Assembly (NCBI GenBank): GCA_002633005.1
Contig: NMRA01000143.1
Coordinates: 315,402 to 379,401, forward strand
Direction: 5' to 3'
Source of the DNA: Phoronis australis
Taxonomy: Eukaryota > Animalia > Phoronida
DNA length: 64,000 bases
Shown here: positions 52,223-63,807 of the stretch, piece after piece
Layout of the letters: every line of letters starts with the position of its first letter
Position numbering within the stretch: the stretch's first letter is position 1
Made by a program: the position numbers and the translations under genes
Notes under the pieces: generated by a model
The model's input: the letters and a program-made list of their open reading frames with translations, nothing else
Told to the model about the DNA's origin: nothing
Databases searched by the model: none

Positions 52223-52377
52223 TTGTGTTTATACCGGTCACAAAGATACGCCAAAAGAAACCCTCCAACAGTGGCAAGGGATCCGAACGAAAGCGCACGT
52301 GCAATAGTCTCGTAATCTGCGCCAACTCTGGGGAGAAGGTCAGGCAATGCAATGCCCAGTAGACGGCGCGGCAGGGC
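52223..52377 (-). CDS. MFSD4-like transporter exon 2 (ALPRRLLGIALPDL...LCDRYKH)
   Basis: G..LPDL motif and motif A-like ..DRY. Canonical sites. Confidence 0.87.
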
Positions 52378-52542
52378 CTGCAAGAGAAAGAAAATGGCAG
52401 ACATCGAAGCGTTGAACAGGATTGTTGATTGAGAATCTGCGGAATTGGGCTAGCTTGCCAACAAAAGCTCAAAATCTACAGAGACATGATGTTCTAGCGC
52501 TTGAAAGTCTGATGTCAGGAATTATTTTACATACTGTTTTCA

Positions 52543-52684
52543 CATGAGCGGCACAGCACTGAAAAAAGTTAGGGGCTATGCCTATAGCCCGCCCCCCCCN
52601 CCCCCCCCCCCCCAGCCCGGCCCCCTGTGGTGCATCGCCCAGTAGACCATGGGCAGTGTAGCCCCCTATGGTGAGCCGCCCATG
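52543..52684. mobile_element. CATGRGCGGC-TIR MITE with a poly-C interior (contains an N)
   Basis: CATGAGCGGC...GCCGCCCATG. Same family as the copies at 21896, 49651 and 51402. Confidence 0.6.
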
Positions 52685-53788
52685 TCTTAACATTTAGCAG
52701 TGGCTTAAGTTGTGCTAATAAAGATCACTGACGACATAAAAACCGGTGCACAAAACGTGCCGAGAGTGGCAGTTAACAGATAAAATCCCACGAGACATTA
52801 TTCCGCGTATCGACCTGGTCGGGTTTACCTCAGTTTGACATGTGGGGAGAATGGCTCTACCAGAGATAAATTAGATAATAGCTTATTGGACTCTACCACG
52901 CTTCGGCTCACCCGGCCAAGATCTGCCTCACTAACAACATAAAATTGACAACATTTCGCGAGTTCGCTAAAAATCTCGTTTTAAATCGAAATTAAAATGA
53001 CCTGATACTGAGGTAACAAGTCAGCACTGAATGTCATTAACTGGTGTTATGAGAATGTGTTAGGTGAATGCAAACACTAACATTAAAATAATTTACTTGC
53101 AAGAATATTCCCAAATGGAGAGTTAATTGGAGATTAGGTGGTGAATCGTCAACCACGACTACACATTTGAGCAGCTTGAAATTTTTGCAGTTACGTAAAA
53201 CATGATTACACGTGGATATTATTTATAAAATAAACATTTCAAGTGTACGGTATCTTTCTACATATTGAATTTTGTATTGCAAAGGCTCTCCCTAAACTTC
53301 AGATTGTAGTAGAGGAGTGAGTCACCGACGCATCACTGACGTGACCGGGCACAAGAGAATCGTTTCAGTTACTGAGAGAATTTAATGGAAGCAGAAAGAT
53401 GAAGCCCAATTGCCGGCCGGTCTCATCGCAAATGGGCCCTCTACATAACGTTTGATGCTTGCTATAAGATGATGTCTTGTTTCTTTTTCGTCCGAAAATT
53501 TGGCCCACGTCATGTTAATTGTGCTAACGCGGTGTGGAGATAACGCTGATCAGATATCGACAATAAGATAGTCACGGTGTTAATTGACTTACGAAGAAAA
53601 CGGAGTGAGTGGTAAATAAAAGTTTAACGACATCTAGCATTTAGGCAGACAACCAACCCGGATGCCGATGCAATATTCTTCAAATTTCGTAATCTTTTAC
53701 ATTGCTACCTATTGAAAGAGTAGCTTATTGAATTGTGCAACGAAGTTGGTTTACTTTCACCAAACCTCTAGTCTATTTACATTGGCAT

Positions 53789-53824
53789 GACGTTTCGGCC
53801 GGTCATTTCTCAGGCCCCCTTCAG
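53789..53824 (-). other. Degenerate minimal hammerhead-ribozyme-like motif (Penelope-type relic)
   Basis: Minus strand reads CTGAAGG-G-GGCC-loop-GGCC-GAAACGTC. Core differs from CUGANGA at one position. Confidence 0.35.
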
Positions 53825-54587
53825 TTTGAACTGGAAACTGTGACAACACAAGTTTTATAGCTTCAAAATAAGCAAGAATAAGATCACGTTTTCAGAGCGT
53901 AGATCGAAGACCCAGATTGCATTTTCAAAACACTATACCCGATAAAAAATTTCCTGGTCTAGACCCTAGTAGGATATTCACTGGTAGGTGAAAATTGCTC
54001 ACTAAACTTTTTTTTTCTTTTATATGCTTTGCTGTGTCTTCTTGACTCGATCCCTCCTGCCCGGTCCCTAACCTGCAGCTATGATTTCCGTCTCGAAGGT
54101 TTCGCCGGGGCGGCTACACAATTTAATGAGGGTACGTACTCTCTTGGAGCCCTCTTCCTAAGTCTTAGAGGAGGAGCCCCCAACCTCATGAGGACAGCGC
54201 TCGCTCCCCAGTCTCGTCAACATGTACGCCAATGTCAACACCATAATTTTGTGAATTAGTGGCACATGGCGCGCTAAACCCTGATCACGTGAAAAGCACG
54301 TCGTGTAAACCCAACCAGGTTACTCAATTACACCACTAGGCATGCAATAGATTAATATATCCAAATAAAGCATTCACAAAAATGTCAAAGACCTGTGAAG
54401 AAAAAGAGTGTTAAAATGACATAAGTCTTGAGAGGACGGTCAATTCCAGACGACAAAGATGAACTGCTTCACATATCAATGGCACTGTAGCCTCTCAACT
54501 CGTCAATGTGAACCAAACGATATCGTGACAAACAGATTTTAGCGATACCAGTTTGTTAAGGTCATTATTCACATTCCCAGGACTCAC

Positions 54588-54755
54588 CAAACAAACCCAA
54601 GTAAGGACAACGACCCATGTCTTCAGTACCAGGTAAATTTTCGTCTTCCTCGGAATCGATGGATCACGTAATGGGAAAATCTTGTCCGAATCACTATTGG
54701 GCAAAATTTTCTTTAAGCATTCCGAACACCTTGAAGTGTTTACGCGAGTCGCCAT
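54588..54755 (-). CDS. MFSD4-like transporter exon 1 (MATRVN...KTWVVVLTWVCL)
   Basis: ATG in ccgATGG context, 56 codons, donor GTGAGT in phase 0 with exon 2. The KT plus hydrophobic TM1 start is typical of this family. Confidence 0.78.
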
Positions 54756-55661
54756 CGGTTACTGATCGTGAAATAGGAAGGTTTTAAACTTCAAGACGAC
54801 ACTTTTATCAACCAGAGAGGACGCAATTGTAAACATCATAACTATCCAGGTCAAAATAGTTATAAAACATCGTCTGCTTTGAAGGTTCAAAGATCAAGAA
54901 CACAAAATGACTCCTCAAAGCTCCGTCTTTACTACCGTATGCTAGCGTATTTACGCCCATGGCCCGTATATTATTGTCCATTTCCAGGTCGACGATTGTG
55001 AAACGATCCCACCAACTTCAGCATCCAAAACATCTTGCACCACCCGCCACTATTCGAAAACCAAGAAACAGTTGTTTGAGCAATCATTTCCAGAATTGTT
55101 GATATTGACGTGTTTTCAGCTTAGAAGGACACACTCGGTTTTAGAATCCAAAAGTGTATTTTGTGGATAATCGTTAGATGGAATAGACTTCTTAAAGTTA
55201 TTAACTTTGACCACGATAGATATCTATAAACAACAAAATCCTTGTGACTGTCTTAATTTGGTACTTAATTACAAATTGTCAATTCTCGTCATTAGTTACC
55301 AATCGTTCGCTGAAATCCAGGCCGGTGAGGTTATCAATAAAATGCGCTTAATCTACTCACTTTATCGAGAGTGACGTTTAGCTAAGCTAGCAGTTAAACA
55401 GGCCTCAACTTATCCCTTACTCAGCCATTGGAAGTGAGTTCTAGGTTTGACAGTTGTTTTATCCCTTATTAAGAGCCGATTGGCGCATGAATGAGACGCC
55501 GTGAAAACCCAATTTGCGGCTCGAGCAACAACCAACAATCAATTCTTTCAACACCTGATATCACTTCCAATTTAACTTAGAAACAGTTTAAAAATTGGTC
55601 CTAAAAGACCAATTTCAGAGCGGCAAACGACATAAACCAAAGCTAGCTCTTTGTGATGAAA

Positions 55662-56041
55662 GGCGATTTTAAATTAAAGTCCTGTTTTGCGTGAACACCT
55701 TTTTTGGACTCATTATATGCGGCGCGAGTTATCGTTCATTATTACACATGCTAATACCATGGGAATGAATGAAGTTCGAGCAGGACGATTCACCGCTGCT
55801 CAGCCCATTCAGACATTCGATTTCGTCAGCGTAAGACATTGAAAAATGGCCACGGCGATTTTAAATTAAAGTCCTGTTTTGCGTGAACACCTTTTTTGGA
55901 CTCATTATATGCGGCGCGAGTTATCGTTCATTATTACACATGCTAATACCATGGGAATGAATGAAGTTCGAGCAGGACGATTCACCGCTGCTCAGCCCAT
56001 TCAGATATTCGATTTCGTCAGCGTAAGACATTGAAAAATGG
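55662..56041. repeat. 188-bp near-perfect direct tandem duplication
   Basis: 55662-55849 and 55854-56041, with one visible substitution and no N between them. Confidence 0.92.
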
Positions 56042-57139
56042 TAAAGAAACACAAAACGCAATTTTAAAGAAGTTATGTTGCAAAGCGAGCAAGATAAACA
56101 AAGTGTTGTGATTTAAATTTGATGAACAGCACAGTGAATGTGTGACAATATTTTGATGGATACTGACAAGTGCGTACCGCTGATCGAAAAGAAGTGGCGA
56201 ATTTAAGCCCTGTGTACGTGCAATATACCACACACTACTTCGTAAACGGCTTTCTAACAATTGGGCACAAACTCCCGACTGTCGTGTACGAGCTCGCTTG
56301 CGTCTGTCTTCAGTAAAAAAAGTCGAGTTGCAACACCTGTCTGCACACTCCATACCCGACTCGAAAAATGGGTGTGTAAAACAAATCGATTTAGCAGAGG
56401 TGAGCGCCATTTTGTCAACGGTTGTATCACTAGTATATATAGCGAAAGCGATCGTTCCAAAACCAAGGGATTCACCCAGCATGAATTAAAATAACGGTTA
56501 CCAAAGATGAACCTGCTGCATTACACTTAAAGCACTCCTTGTGCAGCCGTGAGACAGGTGAATCGTAAAGTAAGGATTTACAAGAGCCCAGACGAGAAAC
56601 GATAAGGAAATGACAATTCCGAATTCCCTAATGGCGCCAATGATTCTGAGGTGGTAGCTGGTAGTCTTCACAGCAAGGTCACCATGGTCAACCATACACG
56701 CGGTTCAACTTGGTCGCCATTTTTTGCCAAGTTCCCTTTTTCGACAGCAACCAAGACACAATCACTCACATGCTGTTTCCTTCAACCAAATAATTCCACA
56801 TAACGCATACTTATAAAAAATATTCTCCAGCCCTCCCCTCCCTCTTCCAAGACGGGTCAGTGCTGTGTTAGAACTGCATTTCGCCAGCTTAGCTTACCGG
56901 ATGTTGAATTTTTTTACCAAAGCGATTTGGGGTTTACAGCATTACCACGCTCATCCGATTTTGAATTATTGTCGAAAGAGCCGGTAGGACATGTACATGC
57001 GCCAATTTTGAATACGCAATTTTAGGGTTGGCCAAATCCAATACACCCTGAAACGTTTCATCGGGTACCCCACGTTGTTGTTGGCAACAAAAATAGAATC
57101 ATTTACAAGATATTAAAAATAAAATTAAAAAAAATAAAT

Positions 57140-58441
57140 AAAACGACGAGCGTCAGTACTAAAATATATCAAAATATTCCCCATGTTTCAAACAATTCGT
57201 TCTTTATCAAGAGCATGATACTATTTTTACTATTTTATATCCCTATTCCTTGGTAACTGCAGGGCATTTGGAATCCTTCATCATGGTAAGGCATATGAGA
57301 ATAACTACTTAATTCCACTTGTTTTTTTATCCAGTCTAAACAGGGCGAAACCCACATTTAACTGTCCTCGGTGCATTAGCTTTTTATGCAAGCAGATTTT
57401 ACATTTGAAAAAATAATAGTTTCGAGTGGTGTACATGCACACATTTTAAGGTCAGACATAGGAGGGGAATCAAACTTAGCCTTTAATTATTGCTAAGTTA
57501 TTACTGGGTTAAAATATCGCCCAACTTTAATAAGCAAATAATGAACAATAAAATCATTAAATCAACCCTGACAAGAACAAAGCCAAACACAATGAATATG
57601 AATAAAAACAGGTTTAAATAATTATTATTTAATAAATAATTTAAGCCTGTGAATACAAAGGATTATTAAATATCCAAGGCCTGAAAAGAGGAACTCCACA
57701 CTCGCCTCACTCATGAAACAAACTCAGCCCAGAAACTAGAATGAAATTCAAAACACTGCAAGGTTCGTTTTCGAATGGAGGGTCNGAATTCCGCCAAGTA
57801 AAAACGACGAGCGTCAGTACTAAAATATGTCAAAATATTCCCCATGTTTCAAACAATTCGTTCTTTATCAAGAGCATGATACTATTTTTATTATTTAATA
57901 TCCCTATTCCTTGGTAACTGTAGGGCATTTGGAATCCTTCATCATGGTAAGGCATATGAGAGTAACTACTTAATTCCACTTGTTTTTTTATCCAGTCTAA
58001 ACAGGGCGAAACCCACGTTTAACTGTCCTCGGTGCATTAGCTTTTTATGCAAGGAGATTTTACACTTGAAAAAATAATAGTTTCGAGTGGTGTACATGCA
58101 CACATTTTAAGGTCAGACATAGGAGGGGAATCAAACTTAGCCTTCAATTATTGCTAAGTTATTACTGGGTTAAAATATCGCCCAACTTTAATAAGCAAAT
58201 AATGAACAATAAAATCATTGAATCAACCCTGACAAGAACAAAGCCAAACACAATGAATATGAATAAAAACAGGTTTAAATAATTATTATTTAATAAATAA
58301 TTTAAGCCTGTGAATACAAAGGATTATTAAATATCCAAGGCCTGAAAAGAGGAACTCCACACTCGCCTCACTCATGAAACAAACTCAGCCCAGAAACTAG
58401 AATGAAATTCAAAACACTGCAAGGTTCGTTTTCGAATGGAG
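57140..58441. repeat. ~640-bp duplication (57140-57780 vs 57800-58441) across an N gap; probable haplotype overlap
   Basis: Near-identical copies with a few SNPs, joined through the N at 57785. Confidence 0.85.
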
Positions 58442-58510
58442 TGTCGGTTCAGTTTAGTGCTCTGCACAAGTTCAAACTAAAATTAAGGATCTAAAAGATT
58501 CAGAAGCAGA

Positions 58511-58524
58511 CTGCCATCTAGTGG
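58511..58524 (-). promoter_or_regulatory. Solo CTCF-consensus motif CCACTAGATGGCAG
   Basis: Exact fit to the CCASYAGRKGGCRS core, located between the MFS gene and the TIMM44 coding end. Binding not shown. Confidence 0.35.
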
Positions 58525-60239
58525 TGATAATGAACTTTGTCAACTTCTGCACATAATTCATCTCCATACATTAGAGAACTCAGTTGTATTCAAATATCTT
58601 TTGGCAATGATGAATTTTGTCATGTTAACATGTTAATTCCAAAACTAATTGAGCTTTTCTGGTGTAATCTAACTTTGTTTGACATCAAAGATAATTTGGT
58701 AACTCCAGAAATTGGAATTAGGGTAAACTGACCATTTGGCAATGACAAAACATGAACATTCTACACAATAGCAAAATACAGAGTGCAGCCAAAAGTAATC
58801 AAAGTACCCAGAATTCCAAGTCATGGCAGCAGGATGCAAGCCTAACTCATACTCAAAGTGGCCAACAGCTGTCAGTCACAACTGGGATGGCATCGCGTTT
58901 ACAAAGGTAGAAACGCTGGTGGTTTTCAGCTGAAACTATGGATCAGACCATGGTTACTATGGATGGAAGTGAACGACCCTAGCCAACCACTATAGTCAGA
59001 CCAATGACCTTTGAACCTAACTATAATATTAGCTCAATCACAAGATGGTGGTCTCCAGGTTAATGATTTCTTTGATTAATGTCTGATATTCCCAAAATAA
59101 TAAACAAGTTATTGCTAAAAAATTTAAAATACGCCTTTAATAAAATAATGACATGTTTCAACTTCTTATTAAATAATGCATGGTGCTTTACATTACAGGT
59201 AGCTAATTTGATTCGTAATTCATACGCTCTTTGGATTGACCAAACGGAGTTCACTTGTTTGCTTCAGTACCCGTTTCAATGCTAATGTTCCAATGTCAGT
59301 ATCAATCAGTTTTGCTGTGAGCAACATTATCATGACACAAAAACATTATTTTGTTCATGGGCATTGGCCGCAGGTTAAGAATCTGATGGGTTCTCAATGA
59401 CGACTTTTGGCTTTAAAAATAATCAGATGTCTTAATAAGGTGACCCAGCTGAGTCAATGTGGATGCAATTCCCACTCAAGCATGACAACCTCTCATCAGT
59501 AATTGAATCCCGTTTCAGTCACAGTATAGTCACAGCAATTTACTTATGACACTCAGGGGAGAGAACAAATGACAACAGGTGGCAGTGGCGAGCAAGAGAA
59601 AGGTAAGAGGAGGAGTGTTTATAAGCAAGGGCAAAATGTCTAAATTTTACACATGTACCATACCAATTTTTGACCGACAAATGAGCTTGGCTGTTATTTT
59701 TTCCAGAACTTTCCTCCCCTAAGATGTCAATATTAAAGTTGTAGTAATGCAGGGCCTTCAGCTAACCAGGCAGTAACTTTTTTTCCTTTCAAAATATGAT
59801 TCAACATAATTTTACCATAACATAATGCGCAGAAGTACATAATCAGCGTACCACTGGGTGGTATGTGTTTCCAGATGACAGTCGCCTCTAACCAACTAAA
59901 GAAAACATTAGCACACGAGTGTCCTGTTGAAGTCTACTATCTGTAGTGTCCAACTGTGACTTTTGCTCAATCCTTTCAGAGCTAATGTAACTACTGCTCG
60001 GTAAAGAGTGTGATTTTCCATAGTATATTTTGACAACTGAGATATGACTAGTCTTTCGGAGCCATCGTAACCACAATTTGATGGACCTAGGTTGAAATGT
60101 CTGCTAGCATTCATGAAACTGACAGAAAATACCAGCACAGTCGGCAAGCAGAATCTCTTCAAATTCAGGCTCCGGAGTTGAAGGGTACCATTGTACGCGA
60201 GAAGTAATGGTAATCTTTACTGCTATCTCAATCTCATCA

Positions 60240-60359
60240 TCATAACCACTGCTCGGCAGAACTGGCAGAAATGTCCATCAGCTTCCAAGCAGCCTTAGGG
60301 TCTAGTACGGTCTGATCCCTACAGAGGGCCCAGACATACAGTACTTTCAAGATGGCATC
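60240..60359 (-). CDS. TIMM44: TIMM44 terminal exon (DAILKVLYVWALCRDQTVLDPKAAWKLMDISASSAEQWL*)
   Basis: The YVWALCRDQ..L.P.AAW.L.DIS motif is the TIMM44 C-terminus. Acceptor ccttgtag. Confidence 0.96.
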   Translation of the reverse strand, partial: DAILKVLYVWALCRDQTVLDPKAAWKLMDISASSAEQWL

Positions 60360-61264
60360 CTACAAGGAAACAGCCATAGAGATAGAGCAAATCATGACAC
60401 ACGCTGTGCAGCATGAATAGCATCTGGCACTACTTGATTGATTGAGATTTACCCACAATGCACTAAGTGATAATACAGCGAAATTTACCCACAATGCACT
60501 AGTCTATATCAGTGAGATTTACCACAATGCTTTACACAAAAAAGCAACAAGTAGAGGCAAATAGAGTTTAAAACCGACAATTAGTGGCATTCAGATGATG
60601 GAAAGTACACACCAGAAAAATCCAGTGTTTTCAAAATCTGGAATGTTTCCAGGCACAGATAAAATCTCATTTGCTCACTGCTGAGAAAGGAATGTTTGCA
60701 AACACAGACCCTGATCCTCAACCTGTGAGAGGATTTTCCTGCAATTCTTAAATATTCTGTACAGCATATCTTCAGTCAAAAAATGAACCACCTTACATAT
60801 TCGCTCACAGTACCACAAAACTTGAAAAACTCTCTTACGAAAAACTATAAATCATAAAACACCGAACAAACCAAAAACTGGATATCATAAAGTTTGCAAC
60901 CGTTGTGGAAATTATAATGAGAGGTTAACAGCAAATACAACCAATATCAGTGACAGCAAAACAGACTACATTGGGGGAAACAAGTGCAAATACAGGACTG
61001 AGGTCAAAGGTCAACATAACAATCCACAACTGTGACCTCTGAGACTGGCAAAATGTATTCTTCAAATGCTTTAGGCAAAAAAGCATAGTTGGTTCTGATC
61101 TCCGGTTTTGTTCAAAAATTGAGTCTGTGGTGTGGTATTTTTCATTTGCCCTTTTTCAAAAGAAAGTCCATCCGAGATGAGCAAAATGACAAAAGTGTTC
61201 TTACTTATAACTTGCCAAATCATGGCATTTCAAACCTTGCTTACCCTTAAAAACTAATTAACTG

Positions 61265-61481
61265 CAGGTGGTTAGGTATATGTTGTACCAGACACAGGCC
61301 GTTTGGGTGGGCCCATTGCACAGATCACCTTGAACCATTTTTATGCTTTATTAATATACAGATAAAACCGAGCTGAGGCGCTAGAGACCCGACTCAAGGA
61401 TCTAGCAGTGAGCCCCAGTGGGACTCAAACCCACAACCTTGAGTAAAGGAAGTGTACACCTAACCCACTAGACCACACTGT
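61265..61481 (-). mobile_element. tRNA-derived SINE remnant
   Basis: Minus strand has A-box-like TGGTCTAGTGG and B-box-like GGTTTGAGTCC at tRNA spacing, but no valid cloverleaf. 3' limit approximate. Confidence 0.5.
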
Positions 61482-61712
61482 CTCCTCTTGCTTACCCTTG
61501 CTTATATTCCTTTCTGCAGCTTCAAAAAACCACAAGACCTTGGCTGAAATTGATGCGACCAGGTACATTTCTGGTTGGTGACTGCCCGTCTCAAAATGAG
61601 TCGAGGTAGCAACCAGAACCAACTAAGCTGTTTTGACCTTAGCTCACGGTAAATTTACAGCGTAGCCCACAATATACATACGCACATAGATGCACACGAT
61701 GACAATACATAC

Positions 61713-61823
61713 CGGGTTTCCCTCCACGACCTCCCCCTTCATGTTCTTCACCACCTGGATCTGCTGAGAGTGGAACGAGATGATAAGTACAGGACCCTGC
61801 TCCATCATCTTACCTGCCATAAC
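61713..61823 (-). CDS. TIMM44: TIMM44 exon (VMAGKMMEQGPVLIISFHSQQI...VVEGNP)
   Basis: Conserved GKMMEQGPVLII.F motif. Canonical sites. Confidence 0.96.
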
Positions 61824-62986
61824 CTGAAACAGGTTGAACATTAACAATACACAACAAACTACATTCACGTTTATAAGCTCAGCTGAATAAATAAATACCC
61901 ATTGGAAATCTATTAGGACTCTTTCTGAAAATGCACCCAACACAATTATCTGGGGGACAAGTTGGATGGTTGAATTCAACTTTCCCAGGTTTGAAGGAAA
62001 TGTACACCAAAACACTAAAAATAGAAATCAATAACTCATTATTATACACTATGTTACGACGCAAAACAAACAGCTCCACTTATAGTTGTACGTCAGTGAG
62101 GACATTGCCTCAGGAAACAACCTCACATGCTTCAGAACTGATAGGGGCAGAGATATATTCGGAATTTGACTTCCAAGGATGACCCGTTTAATATTACACA
62201 ACCTGGGCGCACAAACAGGAATTACGAAGCAGGCGTGACAAGAGGGTATTAAGCTCCACACAGAAATTTGATATTAACAAGATTTCATGATTTTCTAAAA
62301 AATTCCCAATTATAACAATACAAATGTTCATAATAAAAACAGTACCAGTAATAACAAAAACACTACTACTTTTACAAAATAATAACACATAATAATGAAA
62401 ACAATAAACAAGTACATATGACACGATGTAGGACAAGACGACTTCCCGTTGTTTAGTACCAAGTTATAAACAGCTCATCAGACATTCCTACGTTTTCATA
62501 AAATCTTTCAGTGAAGACGGTACTGGCCACAATATCAACTATTACCTTACAGTGGACATGTTTAAATAGTGCTACATTCTGTACTGTGGTGCCGTTCTTT
62601 TTTGAACTTTAATTCTGCTAGTTGAGAAACATTAAATGTGGCATGCAAGCAGTTATCGGTAAAACAGAGATGTTATTTAATATCAGAAATGACAAATTGG
62701 ATATTTATATTTAAAAAACAAAGAACACCAGAAATTTAGTTTCGCTAAAATGCATTTCTCCCTTTAGAAAACGAAAAACCAAAATCTGTGCAATTGGTTT
62801 CCGATGCAAGCCAATGTTACTCAATGAATAAATATAATACATCTACGTTACTACACACAGGCCTCAAAGATTCGATGCATGACTTTAATAAGTATCCCAA
62901 ATGTTCAGCAGAATCAATGAACACTTCTCAGAGATTCAACAAACTTTATCAAATGAATGCAATACATCTCGGAGCTGTCTACGTAC

Positions 62987-63127
62987 GTCTACATTGTTCA
63001 CATCCAGCACATGCGAGTGGAACGTGTAGCCGCACTGCTTGGCCTGTCTGATGGGCGTGGCTAATACGTTGAATGGCGCCTCATGACACCAGTCTTGCAG
63101 GATGTCTAGGTCACCTCTCACCATCGC
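62987..63127 (-). CDS. TIMM44: TIMM44 exon (AMVRGDLDILQDWCHEA...HSHVLDVNNVD)
   Basis: Conserved G.LDIL.DWC.EA motif. Canonical sites. Confidence 0.96.
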
Positions 63128-63384
63128 CTGAAATGGACAGCATGAAGCGTGAAGCATCAATGGGGACAGTGTTAGGGAAGTGTTTTCCTTTGCAAAAAAT
63201 TTAGCCATAGAATAATCTCTCCATACTGTTAACTCTCTTGTGAATTTCATGCTATTCCCAATCACGACAAACCGCACTGTGACAGCGTTTTCTGCTTGAT
63301 CTCAACAGTGACGAAGGGAAACTATTGTTGGCATCTACTGCACTAATGGGAGTGTTTTACCAAGGTTTCCACAATCTTTCTCAC

Positions 63385-63509
63385 CTCCAAAACATTAGGG
63401 ATGATAACAAACTGGCACTCCCGGATGAACTCCTCCTGATCAAAGTTAGGGTCCATCTTGCAAATCTCCGTCAGCACCTCTGACATCTCTGTCTTGGAGA
63501 ACATTCCAC
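63385..63509 (-). CDS. TIMM44: TIMM44 exon (GGMFSKTEMSEVLTEICKMDPNFD...IIPNVLE); the gene continues beyond the window
   Basis: Conserved FSKTEMSEVLTEI...DP.FD...IIPNVLE motif. Confidence 0.96.
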
Positions 63510-63529
63510 CTGCAACAATACAGTATAGT

Positions 63530-63588
63530 ACAGCACAGCACAGCACAGCACAGCACAGCACAGCACAGCACAGCACAGCACAGCACAG
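63530..63588. repeat. (CAGCA)n microsatellite
   Basis: About 11 perfect pentamers. Confidence 0.95.
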
Positions 63589-63807
63589 TGGTCCCATGAT
63601 GTTGCCAAGATGGAAAACTTGACACATTTAACCATTTTCCTCGTCACACTGTAGACTTGTTGCCGATTTGTCTATTTTCTACCAGACTTGCCAATGGTCT
63701 CACACTGACTGGCTTGATGTTTCCACTGGATTTGCTTGAAATTTATTTTTTGAAAATTATGTTTGAGGTCACAAACCTGGAGGGAAATACAGTCAAATGA
63801 TGGTTTA

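Noticed and set aside
56018-56482. 154-aa ORF
   Set aside because: No recognisable domain or splice context, and it ends inside the tandem duplication.
61405-61481. tRNA gene
   Set aside because: A/B-box-like motifs are present, but the T-loop is mutated and no proper acceptor or anticodon stems form. Called a SINE head instead.
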